NCBI GenBank assembly: GCA_001949185.1
Contig: BDGG01000022.1
Location: 186,001 to 250,000 of the forward strand
DNA: 64,000 nucleotides
Reading direction: 5' to 3'
DNA from: Ramazzottius varieornatus
Taxonomy: Eukaryota; Animalia; Tardigrada
Positions 1-12,666 of this stretch are shown in pieces. Made by a program: the position numbers and the translations under genes. How positions within the stretch are numbered: position 1 is the stretch's first letter; each line of letters begins with the position of its first letter. Under the pieces are notes generated by a model that had not been told where the DNA came from, ran no database searches, and saw only the letters and a list, made by a program, of their open reading frames with translations.

Positions 1-805
1 GGCTGGTAGGTGGAGGCCTTTGGAGAGGGCAAGTGCGCTGCAGTGATGACGGAAGTGGACTTGATGAAGGCGGGCAAGGAGGTGCTCGACAGCCGCAAAT
101 CGCTCTTGGCTGCCTGTGGACAACTACATGCAGCCAGCTTCTCCACTGGAAGAGGCCGCTTTGCCTCGACTGCTCCAGCGTAGTTGCTGCTGGCACCTGC
201 AATTACTTCTTTGACAGTTAAGGGCATTTCCGTCCTTGATATAATCCCTCTCAGTTACATGTATTGACTGGACAAGTAATAGTAGACAGTGAAGGGCCTT
301 CGTGCTCAAATGTGCCGACTGTGGCAGCTTGCACCTACCATTGCTGCAGTGGGCGGAAGAGGCCGGAGAAGCGACGGGCGTGCTGCTGCTGCTGCTACTG
401 CTGCTGAGCGGACTGTGGGAGCCATTGGAAGAACTGTGCATGCTTTCCTCGGGGCAGCAGCTTGCGACTGCGGTAGGCAAGTTGATGCTTGGCCGAGACA
501 AGATGCGATGCTTCAAGCTGCCTTCTTTGCCCACTCGACCAGCTCGTCCCTCCCCAAGTCCCGACTGAGCATTCTCCACCTCCTGAGACTCCACCTTGCT
601 CGAACCTGCACCAACAGACATTAGCTATACAGTATAGTCATATTGGCCCATAGATGTAACAGTATATACACATGGCCAAAAACGACAGTCAATTAGGGCA
701 CAATACAAGCTAATCTCAACAGACATACCTTCAGCCATGATTTGGGCCATCGGATACTACTTTGGGCAAATTTGACCCATTGGATATCGATAGTATAGCA
801 GCAGC
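1..805 (-). CDS. Partial intron-containing gene, Ser/Pro-rich low-complexity protein of unknown function (runs off the left edge; 5' end not resolved)
   Basis: Open minus-strand frames bounded by splice-like signals: about 280-620 (poly-Ser, SSNGSHSPLSSSSSSSSTP) and 1-196 after a ttgcag acceptor (ASSNYAGAVEAKRPLPVEKL...). No recognisable domain. Confidence 0.4.
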
Positions 806-2632
806 CTGCAGGTAAAGGGAAGAGTAAATGCTGATGGTAGGTCAGCAAGACGTGTAGCCACTGCTTCAACCGTGCTGCTCATCATCTAAGCGACAACTTT
901 GACTGGCCAGTCATCTTAGGGCTTCTTCAAGTCCAGGACGTGACCTAAAATAAGTGATGATCATTATTATTCTGACATTAATTTTTCCTCATAGCAGCTG
1001 ACAGATCCATAGAGTAAGAGTCCTACTTTATAGAGATGAATGAAGCGTACAAGACAGCACAAATATTGAAAACTAAAGCGTCGTGCGCTGTGATACTGAT
1101 AACATGGACATACTTGCCAGCTGTGCATATGAATTGTGGCCCCGAGGACTTTGAGTTTCCTTGCGAAGAAGAGTGTCACGACGAGCGCGCAGGCCCGTTG
1201 AAAAGAGACCAAGAGTTACTAAATGGTCCAGGCACCATCAAGCGACGAAGAAAGAATACGCACAAGCACTTTTCCGTCGAAATGCAGCACACACTTGACA
1301 GCCCCGCGTCAGCGCGATCGTCGATCGGACTCGGACGGTAATCGCTCGTCGCACTGCTCTATACTGTAGACCAGCCAAACAAAGATTTCTTCTTCGTCCC
1401 GCAAGTTGCCTTCCTCACACAATCAACTGCCTATATTCATCTACTGCAAACTCGCTACACTGCCCATGCTACGCTCAACCGCTTGCAAAATCACAGTCTA
1501 CAACGCTTCTCCATTGGCTGGGAAAACCAAGAAAACACATCGGCCCAGTTCTTCCGAAGTAAAAGAGGCTTTCTATGTATGATAGAAAGTTCTGTGTGCT
1601 CGACGTCATAGCAGGACGCCCAACTGCCACAGCTGCACATATGGTTCCATGACGTCATGGGCCGCTTTCAACCAAGCGCCACTCCAGACATTCCTTCGCG
1701 TCGACCAGCGCTTAAAGCTGTCTAGCTATGATACTTATTGATCTCTTCTCCATTCATTCGACCTGGCAAATAGGTGGAATATTTTCCACCTACAAGTACT
1801 CACCTCGCCCTCCGTCGTCCTGGAATTTTGCGTCCGATCCTGGCCGACTACCGTCCTGCACTACAAAGAACGCCGACTGCAAAACATCACGGCAGAAAAA
1901 TCTACGCCTAGCTTTAAGGCTGACTGAAAGAAGACTATCGACGATATTGCAGCTTGAGTTACAAATGTTCAGCGGAAATCTATTCGTGATGGTGGCATTT
2001 GTGGGCACTTGGCAAGCCTGTTTGTGGTGCCAGTACTGCACTGTCTGCTCCATTCATGAAAGATGATGAATGAAAATGCCCTTCAAACACGCCAGTGAAG
2101 CGTGATGGCGTAACCGTACGTACGTTCCATTGGGCTTCTTCCAATGTGGCCTGAATGACGTCTACCCGACTTCTCAAGGTTACGCGCCACCCTACAAATC
2201 GTTGATCGCTACTTCCGTCTGCCCTTCTCCAAAGCAGCGCGCTCGACCAATCCTGTACTTCCTAGTCCAGTTGGTCTAGCCAATCGACTTGCCTTGCAGG
2301 CTGGCCTTTGTGCTGGTAGAGGGCGGTCCGAGTAATACGCGGATCGCAGGGTGCGCTGCAGACACACGCTCTTCAAGTTCGCCCGTAAACACGACAATCC
2401 CGCCACCTGCAGAATCGACTGCCTATGTGCGGTTAACGTGGCGTAGCGTTGTCCCCACAGAAAGCCAGACCAATCAACAATCAAACCAGACACCTGAATT
2501 CTGGCAATAATCAAACTGAATTTTTCCAACTGGAGTCTTCCCCAGTAACGTCGCGTATTTATCTTACTCTTTGAAGCTGCTTCCTGCAGGAACGAGATTT
2601 CCAGCTGGATATTGCGAAAGGAAGGCCGGATC

Positions 2633-4108
2633 ATGTTTCGGCATCTCTTGCTTGCTGCTCTAGTGCTGGTGTCAGGTAAGAGTGATTTCTCTGACGGGTG
2701 ATGCCTTTCTCCACCGGCAGGGCTGTTACTTTTAGTACATGCTGCTTTTCCTTGCTTGCAGGTTTGGCTGCTATATCCAGGGCGGAAGATGATATTATTG
2801 TGGAAACGCCAGAGGATGCTCCGACAGTGACAGCAGGAGATTTTGCCAGCACAGCAGTAAGTTGTCACGTCGATTTGTCCTGGACATTCATCCAATTGGT
2901 CTCTTCTATAGCAGGACGTTACAGGAGACGAAAATGTTTTGCCTTCTACCATCTCTCCAGATGCTGATACTACCCTGTATTTTACGTTCCCTGTTGGCAC
3001 CAAAGGTAAGGCGCTTTCACCTTCGTTTATCCCGGATCTGCTGCTAGGAAGCTCGGGATGGAAAGCTAAACACATCATTCTTCTTCGAGATTGGTGGGTG
3101 TGCGCGCACGGCAGCTGGCTTTGCCTCGGTCTGTGGGCGCGCATTGATCTTTGCGCGTCGAAAGACTCCGCCCATTTTATAGCAGCAAGTGCATGAGCGT
3201 CATGTCAGTTTGCAAGTCACTTCCGGTTGGTTTGTAGATGTTCCAGTGAACAAGCCCGTTCGTCTTTTGATCGGTTTCCGCAACAAGGGCGACTCGGTCT
3301 TCATGGTGGATGGACTGGAAGCTTCCCTGCGCTATCCCATGGACTGGTCGTACACCATCGCCAACCTGACCAGCGTGCGCTACAGCCGGGAAGTGGCTGC
3401 CCAGGAGGAAGTCACCTTTGACTATGGCTTTATGCTCAGCGACGCCTTCTCTTCCCGACCCTTCACCCTCAGCATCAACCTCCACTATCGCGATGCCACC
3501 AACCGAGCCTTTTTCAATCCCGTCTTCAATGAGACCATCACTGTCATCGAGGTCGACGAAGGACTGGACAGTCAAACGTACGTATATCAGACCATGGAAT
3601 ACAACGACCGTAATTTCCATTGCCACTCTGTGATCTTCTGTTGTAGCTTCTTCCTATATGTCATGTTCTTGGCCGCCATCGTCCTCGCTGGAGTCCTCAT
3701 TCAACAGTACATCAACTCCAAATCTGTAAGTTCTTCCCCCATCAAGGAAGGCAAACTAGATTAGCACTGAAGCGATATCGGAACCGCCAAACTGCAAATC
3801 ATGTGTGCATGGTATAATGGAGCATCTGTCTTTTGCAGAAGAAGCGACCTGTGAGGAAAGCGACACAGAACACCACCCTGGAAAGCGGAACATCGAAAGT
3901 TAGCGATGTTGATTACGACTGGCTGCCCGAATCAACTTTACGCCAAATTAGTAAGTCTCCCTGCTCGTCAGTCGGGATAGCTTTCCGTTTCAAAAGGGGT
4001 CCCAGTGTATCAACAAAGTGGTTTGTTCCTGCAGACAAGTCACCAAAGAAGTCGCCATCGCAGACGCACTCTCCTCAACAATCACCGAAAGCCAAGAAGC
4101 GAATTTGA
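2633..4108 (+). CDS. SSR1: Translocon-associated protein subunit alpha (multi-exon)
   Basis: Signal peptide MFRHLLLAALVLVSG, acidic N-region, SPDADTTLYF, VRLLIGFRNKG, LEASLRYPMDWSYTIANLT, VFNETITVIEVDEGLD, TM FFLYVMFLAAIVL, tail DVDYDWLP...SPKKSP. All are TRAP-alpha hallmarks, joined by GT-AG introns. Confidence 0.96.
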
Positions 4109-5063
4109 GCACTCTTTCCCCCCTTTTTGTTTTCTTTCCGACACCTCTTTTTAAATAATTATTCTTGCGTGTGATGGCTGGCCAACTTTACATTGAGCAT
4201 CCCTTTCAATATTTTAAGAAAATTGTGTGGTACGAAGCGCAAAGCCTGACAGCTTGATTCGTTCCAGCATACCGCGTGCAGGCGTGGAAAACTGGAAATG
4301 TTCAGTGAACAAAAAAGCTCCTGAGATTGTGCCAGCATTGCCAGAAGTTCGTTGCATATTTTTACTAAGCACAGACTGGCGTATTTCTCACTGCGCTGCT
4401 GCCTTTTGTGCTTCTTATATTCCGTGTCGGGATTGTGGAAAGCGAGTGAGTAGCGTGATTTCGATATTGGTTACCACTGACTGAGTGGTTCAGTGGCTCC
4501 AGCGGAGGTCGCTGCGGAGTAGACATAATGAGACATCTTCGTTTTACTTCGGACGGCGGAATCCGATGGGTTTACGTCAGATCTGTGCCACGAGTGAAAA
4601 GGCTTCGGCACACCGAAGAATCGACGAACGGGAGACTCCAGAGCGACTGCCAGCTAGATGCGGACACTTGGAACCCCGAAATCCCGATTCCCGAAAGGCT
4701 GAACGGAAACAACCTACGGCCTGCGGAACGCCGAATCACGGGAGCGCAAGTATGGTAGGCGCCGAGGTGTCTGCATTTGATTGGTACCTCTTGATTGCGG
4801 TACTTTCTGTTCCGACTTCCCGAGTTAAACTTGAGTTTCGTAACTTTTGTTTGGCCTGCGTTCGTAAATCGTAACAAGACCTTCTGTAATGCAGATGATC
4901 AGATCGCACTCATCGCAGTCCAAACTTCGAGTGGAACCCACAGTTCGAAAGTCGAAGCTGTTGGTTGGATAAAGATGATGTGGAAGGCCTGACAGCGCGG
5001 CAGAACAGTGGCTTTCAAACTTGGCACGTCAGTCTTTGCCTTACTCTCTGCAGCCCCACCAGC

Positions 5064-7003
5064 ATGCCTTCGTCCCACTGCCACACCAACGGACACTCGA
5101 CCACAATGACCAACGGACACTGCAATGGACAGGCGGCGCAAGAGAACGGTCACCGTGGCTCTGGGCCAGCGGAAAACGTGGGCATCCTGGCCATGGAGTT
5201 GTACTTCCCCTCGACATATGTTGAGCAGAGCGAGCTGGAGGCTTTTGACGGTGTCTCTCCTCAAAAGTATACGGTGGGCTTGGGCCAGCAACGGATGGGC
5301 TTCTGTACGGACCGCGAGGACATTGTCTCCTTCAGCCTGACAGTGGTGGAGCGGCTGATGAAGCGGACAGGGACATCGTACCGGGATATCGGTCGAGTGG
5401 ACGTCGGCACCGAGACGCTGATCGACAAGTCCAAGAGCGTCAAATCTTGCCTCATGCAACTCTTTGACAAGTCCGGCAACAGAGACGTCGAAGGAGTGGA
5501 TAATCTCAACGCCTGTTATGGAGGGACGGCGGCCCTCTTCAACTGCATCGACTGGGTGGAATCCTCAGCTTGGGACGGTGAGCCTACGTAATGTATTTGT
5601 GTGACGGGTGCGTGACGTCATAGACTAGCTCAGCCGATCAAGCTGAAGTTTGGCAGACTGCCTTGATGCTTGTGTTACGTCACGCACCAGCCAGCTCCAG
5701 CTGTCCGTTAGCTCCTTGGCATGCTCTGCTTCTTTGGCCGCCGAAGTGCAAATAGCCTTTGGCTGCTTGTTGTTACAGGACGATTTGCCCTGGTAGTGGC
5801 TGCGGATATTGCGGTGTATGCCACGGGGAACGCGCGCTGCACGGGAGGGGCCGGCGCGGTGGCGATGCTTATCGGACCACAAGCTGCCGTCGTCTTTGAC
5901 CAAGGTACAAATATGGCCTGATTTCCGTCGAGACCTTGATCGTCTATGCCTATCTGTTCTTTGCACTTGACGGTGACTTTTGCTCCATCAACTTGTCTTT
6001 TGACAGGCGTACGCTGCAGCTTCATGCAGCACGCCTATGACTTTTACAAGCCCAACATGGCCTCGGAGTATCCCACCGTTGATGGTCAGCTATCCATCCG
6101 CTGCTACATGGAAGCTCTGGACCACTGCTACCGCACCTACCGACACAAGTACCAAGAAAAGATAGCTGACAGTCACCATGCATTCAGCGTGGAAGCTTTC
6201 GACTACCTGGTCTTTCACAGTCCATACACCAAGCTGGTGCAGAAATCACTGGCCCGTCTTGTCCTCCACGACTTCCTTGAAAGCACTGCCGCCATGACTA
6301 ACTCCTCCTCCTGCCCTTCACCACTGGAAACCTACCGCACCGTCCCCTGGGAAGAGACGTACGGTGACAAGAAGCTGGAGAAGGTCTTGGTGGAGGAGAG
6401 TCAGCAGCAGTTTGCCGACAAGACGGAGGCCTCGCTGATGGTGGCCAAGAACGTTGGTAACATGTATACCGCCTCGCTGTACGGCGGCTTGGCTTCCCTC
6501 CTGGCCAAGTATAAGCCTGCTCTTTAACCATGCTAGCTTGCAGTTTTCACCACTCTGTTGACAAGTACTTATTTTGCCCCGCTTTAGCCATAGTGTGGAT
6601 GAAGTCAGTGGTAAACGTGTCGGCTTCTTCTCCTACGGCTCCGGTGTGGCTGCCAGCCTCTTCTCGGCCCGTTTTGTCCCTTGCCCAGCACTAAGGCAAC
6701 TCGTCCATTCCTTCAAGAGCCTGCGCCAACGTTTGGACCAAAGAAAGAGACTGTCACCGGCCACCTTTGACGCGATCATGAAGCACAAGGAAGAAGCCCA
6801 TCAAGCCGGTAAGAATATGCTTGTTAGCCCCCATTGGCCCTTACCAGCCGCTGACTTGGACAGCTTGTGTCTTTATAGCGTCCAGCAAGCCGGTCTTTGA
6901 GCCGACGGCGACAGTCGACGACTTGGAAGATGCTGTCTATTACCTGCAGTCAATTGATGGCATGTATCGTCGACAGTACGCCTTCAAGTCCGCCACTTGC
7001 TGA
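5064..7003 (+). CDS. HMGCS1: Hydroxymethylglutaryl-CoA synthase (multi-exon)
   Basis: [34 protein letters not shown], catalytic [60 protein letters not shown]; stop at 7001-7003. Confidence 0.97.
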
Positions 7004-7278
7004 TGCTGCTTTCTCCCTTCGTTTTCCCACCCCCCTCAACCTTCTTCCATTTGAAAAAGACACTCCCTTGACTGTCACAGTATTTCCTGTCGGCCCCGGT
7101 TTGCCTGACCTGACGGTTCTAAGACTTTGAAGCGCCTCCATTGGTGATGGACATGGATGATGCTGTTGCCGTGCCACTTTTCATTCTTGTTATAGTTTTA
7201 CGCCTGTCTTGATCCAACTCGTACTGAGGACAGAAGGCTGCCAAAAATGCTTTTAGAGATTGAAAATGAGAGTCACTA

Positions 7279-10200
7279 TTACATTGACAAGTGGGATGCT
7301 GACTTGGTGGGGGTCATGTCGCTAGGGTTGTCATCGCTGGTTTCATCCAAGGCTAACATGACATGTCTAGCGTAGCTTTTGCGACGGATGGCGGCGCCGC
7401 CAATGGCTAGCTGTTTGGTGGGACTATGACTTGGGGTGGTGAAGAGGCCCATATTGTCGATAAGCATCTGCAGCAGCTCCTGCTGGTGCTGCACCTTACT
7501 ATCCATCCCATCCAAGCTGTAAAGGCACAGCATCAGCCTTACAGCCGACCAATACTGCCACCTCAATGTTTGCATTCAGTCAGGACATGCTTACATCTGG
7601 CTGTCGTCCATGGCATGGTCCGATGCTATGTTGCAGGGAGCGTCCGTTCTTTGCGCTACTGCAGGACTGAGTTGTCCTGGACCCAACATACGGTTCAACC
7701 AGCTCTGCATAAAGAGAAGCGTCGTCGACAGTAAATGACCCAGGCCGTACTAATCGCCGGTTGGACGTCAGTGGAGAGGGGCTGCCTACCTTGGGGGATG
7801 AGGAGTGGGCAGAGAGGCGACAGTGAAGAGTAATGTCCCATTTGGCCATCAGGCGCGCCGGTATCATCTCTTCAATGTCCCGGTGCAGTTGCACTTGCAT
7901 GGCCTTGCCCCGTAAGGTCATGCCTTGGTGTGTTTCCTCAATATTACCCACCGTCAAGCCAATCTACAACCAGGGGATGGACAGCCATCCCCCACACTGA
8001 CATGACCGTAAAAGACAAAGCCTGCATGGGATGGCCAAGTCACTTACAACGACGGCTTGCAGCAAAATGGTGACGACAAGAATCGAGGTCAGAGCCAGCA
8101 TGTACGTCAAGGTTGGGAAGTACATGAAGCCATTGTAGATGGGTGAAATGAAGTTGACAATGACGTCAGCGTCACCTAATAAAACCATGGACCCAGTCAT
8201 GTTGGCCGGCCATCAAATGAAGCGGCAAGCGCATGCAGCTCTTGCTTAAGGGAGAAGAGGGCACTATACTTTACTGTACCGATCATTTGGTCGGAAACGC
8301 GCAGTATGGCCGTCTGTAGGCTGGAGTAGGAGGAAAAGTAAATGTCGCCCAAGCTATCGTCCCCATGATCCCTCTGCCAGCCATTATCAGCAGCACACAT
8401 ACAACGTTAGTAGAAACGTCTACTGGTAGAGCACAGCACTGACCTGATAGAAGAGTGGATCATCGGGGAGGATCTTGGCTGGGTAGAGAGTGTAAAAGGT
8501 GATGGCAAAGGCCACAATGACGACAAAGAAGACCATCATGGCTTCGGTCAGTGTCTTCATCACCCGCAGCAGCACCAGCACGTGGATGCTCAACTGCCCG
8601 TACCTTACAAGACAACAGGCATGCATTAGTCAGCCGCTAAATGATATAGTCCAGCTTACCATTGCAGGAGGAAAAAGAGGTTGGACCAGGCGAAGAAGAT
8701 GGCCACGGCACCGAGGAGCCACTGCGACTGCCAGGACATGTAGTCGTCTTGGACGTCGTAGAATCCAATGCTAAAGAGCATGGTCGAGGCGTACAGTGTC
8801 ACCTCAAACATGCTCCGTAAGCGAACAAAGTACAGCAAACCCTGCCAACACAAAGAGAGAGGCGCCGTCACATGGGGGCCCAGAGAAAAGGCCAGCAGAT
8901 ATGGCCCATCTGTCAGCCGGCACAAGACGGGCACAGTACAGTAAGGCGGCACTGGGACAGCACATCTTCCTCCAGCAGCTTTGTCTGTGCACAGCATGGC
9001 CCCACAAAATCAATCGTTAGCAGCCTATACGGTACCTGGCGCAAGCATTGGGCAACCTTCTGGAGGAGGTGGAAGAGGGCAAAAGCCAGGACAAAGGCCA
9101 GCAGCGTTTGGTCGATGGCCGTGACGCCTCCCTGCTGGACGGTCAGCTGTAGCGGCCCGAAGCGCGTCCTGTTGCCGCCCACCAAGTCGGGCCGATACTT
9201 GGACAGGCGCTGCAGGCTGACCTGCCGCAGATGGGGTCGCAGGTCCATCTCGATGCCCTCCAGTATCAGATAGGTCAAGAGTGTCAAGAAGGTAACGTAC
9301 AAGGACAGCCTCACCACTTGGAACATCAAACCGTAAGCCAACCTATCCAGACATAAGACAGCCCTTAACCTTATACTTTCATTGATACAAATCTTCCTCT
9401 ACGCACCACTGGCCTATAACATAATCAGCTACTGACCATTTGCCCTCCAGATAGCTGGTACAGACGGGGTGGCACAGCAGCTCTACTCTTCTGCAGGCCA
9501 CCATGCGCTAAAAGGTCAGGCAGCGTCACAATGAGCAAGTAAGGAGCAAGTACAGGCTACTACTGCCCTCCTCCTCACATTTAGCAGCATCAGGGGATCT
9601 TTGCGACCACGCCAGCTAGTCCTCCATAGCTGATCGTCAGCCTGCGCCTCAACTGACGGCTGTAGCAGCTGGTAATCATGCCTAATCTACCAAACAAGAC
9701 GACACAAGTTGTATCCTCCAGCAAAGGCTGGCAAAATGAGTAGATATGAGAGAAAGGAGGAGCATCCCACCCATGAGCGGCGGCCTGTAGAGCTGGCCTT
9801 TTCTTCTGTCGTTTGACAGCGATCCAAGGCTCTCTGTCAAAGACAAGACATCATCCTTTGCCCACCACTGAATGACAAGGAGCTGAGCGGAGCTGAACTG
9901 AGCTGAACTGCGCTGCAGTGCGGACATGGCCCTATAGAACTGACCAGCATGACGTCAGGGAACTTGTCGACCAGCCCGCTACATGCGTAGAGGGACGAAG
10001 GCTGCAGCAAAGCTTCCTTCCACCTGAATAGGCAAGCAAGCAAGCTTTTGCTCATACTCGTCCTGTCACAAGTTTTCAGCTTCTTGTTATCGTACCTGGG
10101 ATTGTCAACCAGGGCTGTCATGGTCGAATGGGCATCATTGAGGATGGCCAAGTCCAGGGCCGACAGCTGCTGGTCATTGAAGGTCAGCGGCAGACCGGCG

Positions 10201-12666
10201 TCCAGCAGCATGGTAAAGACCTGGGCAGAGTCATGCTTGGCAGCCAGGTGCAGCACTGTATTCTGCAGTCATAACACAGCAAAGCAAGAGATAATGTGCT
10301 GGACAAAGGGGGCAAGGAAAAGGAGACATACCCCGCCATTATCCACAAGGGCCAGCTGCGTCGCATGACGCGATATGAAATGCTCCATGATACCTAAGGT
10401 GGTAGTAGAGGCCCAACCTGAACAAGAATGTGGAGGGCAGAGAATGGTCGGCCTTATAGTACCTGTTTGATTGTGGACAGCGGCCAGATGCAGTGGGGTG
10501 CATCCGCTGACGTCACTGCCAACAGACCATCTTTCGTCACACTCTTCCAATGTGCCTCTTTGACAACAGCCACTTACCGTAACAGCTGGGCGCCTTTGGA
10601 CAGCAGAAGGACCGTCACTTTCTGATGGCCATTCTCGGCCGCTAAATGCAGCGCAGTCCGACCTAGAGGTACAGGGTAAAACACGCAACCTTGACCACAG
10701 TTGTGCTTTTAACCAGGGAGAAGGTGACAGCTTCTTCTACCGAAGTGATCGGCATCGTTGATGGACTGCTGGCCAGTCTCGTAGGCCAGTAGCAACTTGA
10801 CCGTATTGCTCCTTCCATGCCTAAAGAAGAGAGCCCTTCCCTTACAGATTTGCTGTTAGAGTGGATATATGGATGGATGGATGAGCTTACTGGGCGGCCA
10901 TGTGCAGCGGGCTCATGAGATCGTGTCCCTTGGCCGACACCAGCGCTCCCAGCTTGATCAAGGTGCTGCAACAGCGGCCAAAGCCGTACTGGGCAGCATA
11001 GTGTAGCGGCGTGTAACCGCCCAAGTCTCTCCCCTTCAGCACCAAAGTAAAATCCCCATTCTAGGATAACAAGCAAGCAGCTTGATATAGCGAAGCCATC
11101 TAGGAAAGGGTCCATACATCTATGAGCCTACGACGTACCTGTTGCATGTCTTCCTTGAATATCTGCGGGTCGCCACCGAGGGCCACCACCTGATGCAAAA
11201 AATTCTTGCCATCATTGGAGAGGATCAAGGGGTCGGCTGCGCCATGCAGCAGCTCGGAAACAGCGTCCCAGGCGCCACGTTCCGCCGCCAGCACCAGCAC
11301 ACTTCGGCCTTTGTTATCCACGGCGTTGACCGGACACTTCTATAACCCCCCACACACATAACCGTTAATTATACCTTTGTAATACGTTCAGCTGCCAGTG
11401 CTGAAAGCTGGTGCGGGACATGACATAATCACCTTAACAGTCAGCAGCCTGTCACTGCGGCCAGAACACAGTCTGACCGCATTGCTGTCTCTTTCTACTC
11501 CCTACCAATTATTTCTAAAACTTGGTCTGTCAAACCCCTTACGGCTGATGCTAGCGTCCACAGTGTCCATGTGGCAAACCATGCTTGTTGCTTTGTGCAA
11601 ACTTGGCCATCAAGTTTGATTCATCATGCATACAAGTTGCAAAGTGATGCATTAAACATGGAGACATTAGTCTGCAGTTGCAAGATTGAGCGGGAAGAAA
11701 ATGATGAATAGTGCATTAATCAGTGCTAATCACTTCCGCCCGTCTTTCTAGCACTGGTGATGGGCAATTGTCAGCTTGCACAAGCAATCTACCTGAGTGA
11801 TGAGCCAGCTGAGGAGGTTCCAATGGTTGAACATGGCGGCGCGGTGTGCCACAGTCATGCCTTGCGCATCACGCGCTGCAAGGACAACGGCCCGGCTTTC
11901 CATCGGCTTGACGTCGAAGAAGACCTGGGTGACGTCGTAGAATCCCAGGGCAGCGGCTAAATGCAACGGCGTCGAACCATCAAACTGCAAAGAGAGGACA
12001 GTGGGTAACCATCAACAGATCCGAGTAAAGTGTCATGTTGGACCCACCATGGCAAGATTGATGGAAGCGCCCAGCTCTAACAAGGTCCTGACACTTTCTC
12101 CTTGCTTCTTCTTGACGGCCAAGTGCAGCGCCGTGGCTCCCTCGTGGTCCAGCAAGTTCAGTGCCCCACTGTCCACGCTGAGGAGGTAGCGCAGTACCTG
12201 GATGGAGCCGGCAGCAGCACCACTGTGGATGGCTGTGGCGCCGGAGGAGGTCCGTGCCAACAGGTCGGCCCCCTGCGCCACCAAAAGTTGGGCTAACTTA
12301 ACGTCATCACGGTCAGCCACCACATGCAGCCCGCTCTGCCTCAGACTGTGGCTGTGCCCATTGCCTTGGACGAGGTCTAGGCTACAATGGACCAAAGAGG
12401 GCTCCTTCCTCAGCTGCTCTTCCACTTTGCCCACATCCCCTCCCTCCACTGCCTACGCAAAATGCACAAATCACCCCATCAATCATGCAGTGCCAACCCT
12501 ATATCCCATCACCCAATCATCAAATTTCCACTCAGATTTACTGTGGGGAAAAAAAAGAGGGACCTCTTACCCGAAAGTACTCTTGGACTATATCCTCTTC
12601 CAAACTTGTGGCATTGCTGCTTGATTGGCTGCAGCCTTTCACTTTATCCTTCTTTTCCATGATCAT
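7279..12666 (-). CDS. TRPA1: TRPA1-like ankyrin-repeat cation channel (about 14 ankyrin repeats, 6 TM, TRP-like helix; many exons)
   Basis: Repeated TPLH/TALHLAA ankyrin motifs; pre-S1 RVELLCHPVCTSYLEGKW; S4 WLLGAVAIFFAWSNLFFLLQ; S5 VMKTLTEAMMVFFVVIVAFAITFY; S6/TRP-like IGLTVGNIEE...KAMQVQLHRDIEEMIP, matching TRPA1 IGLAVGDI...RIAMQVELH. Confidence 0.9.

Noticed and set aside
2209-3144. 311-aa minus-strand ORF, the longest in the track
   Set aside because: Antisense to SSR1 exons 1-3 and its promoter, with no domain signature; probably a shadow ORF. Part of 1800-2500 could be 5' exons of the left-edge gene, but I could not build a consistent model.
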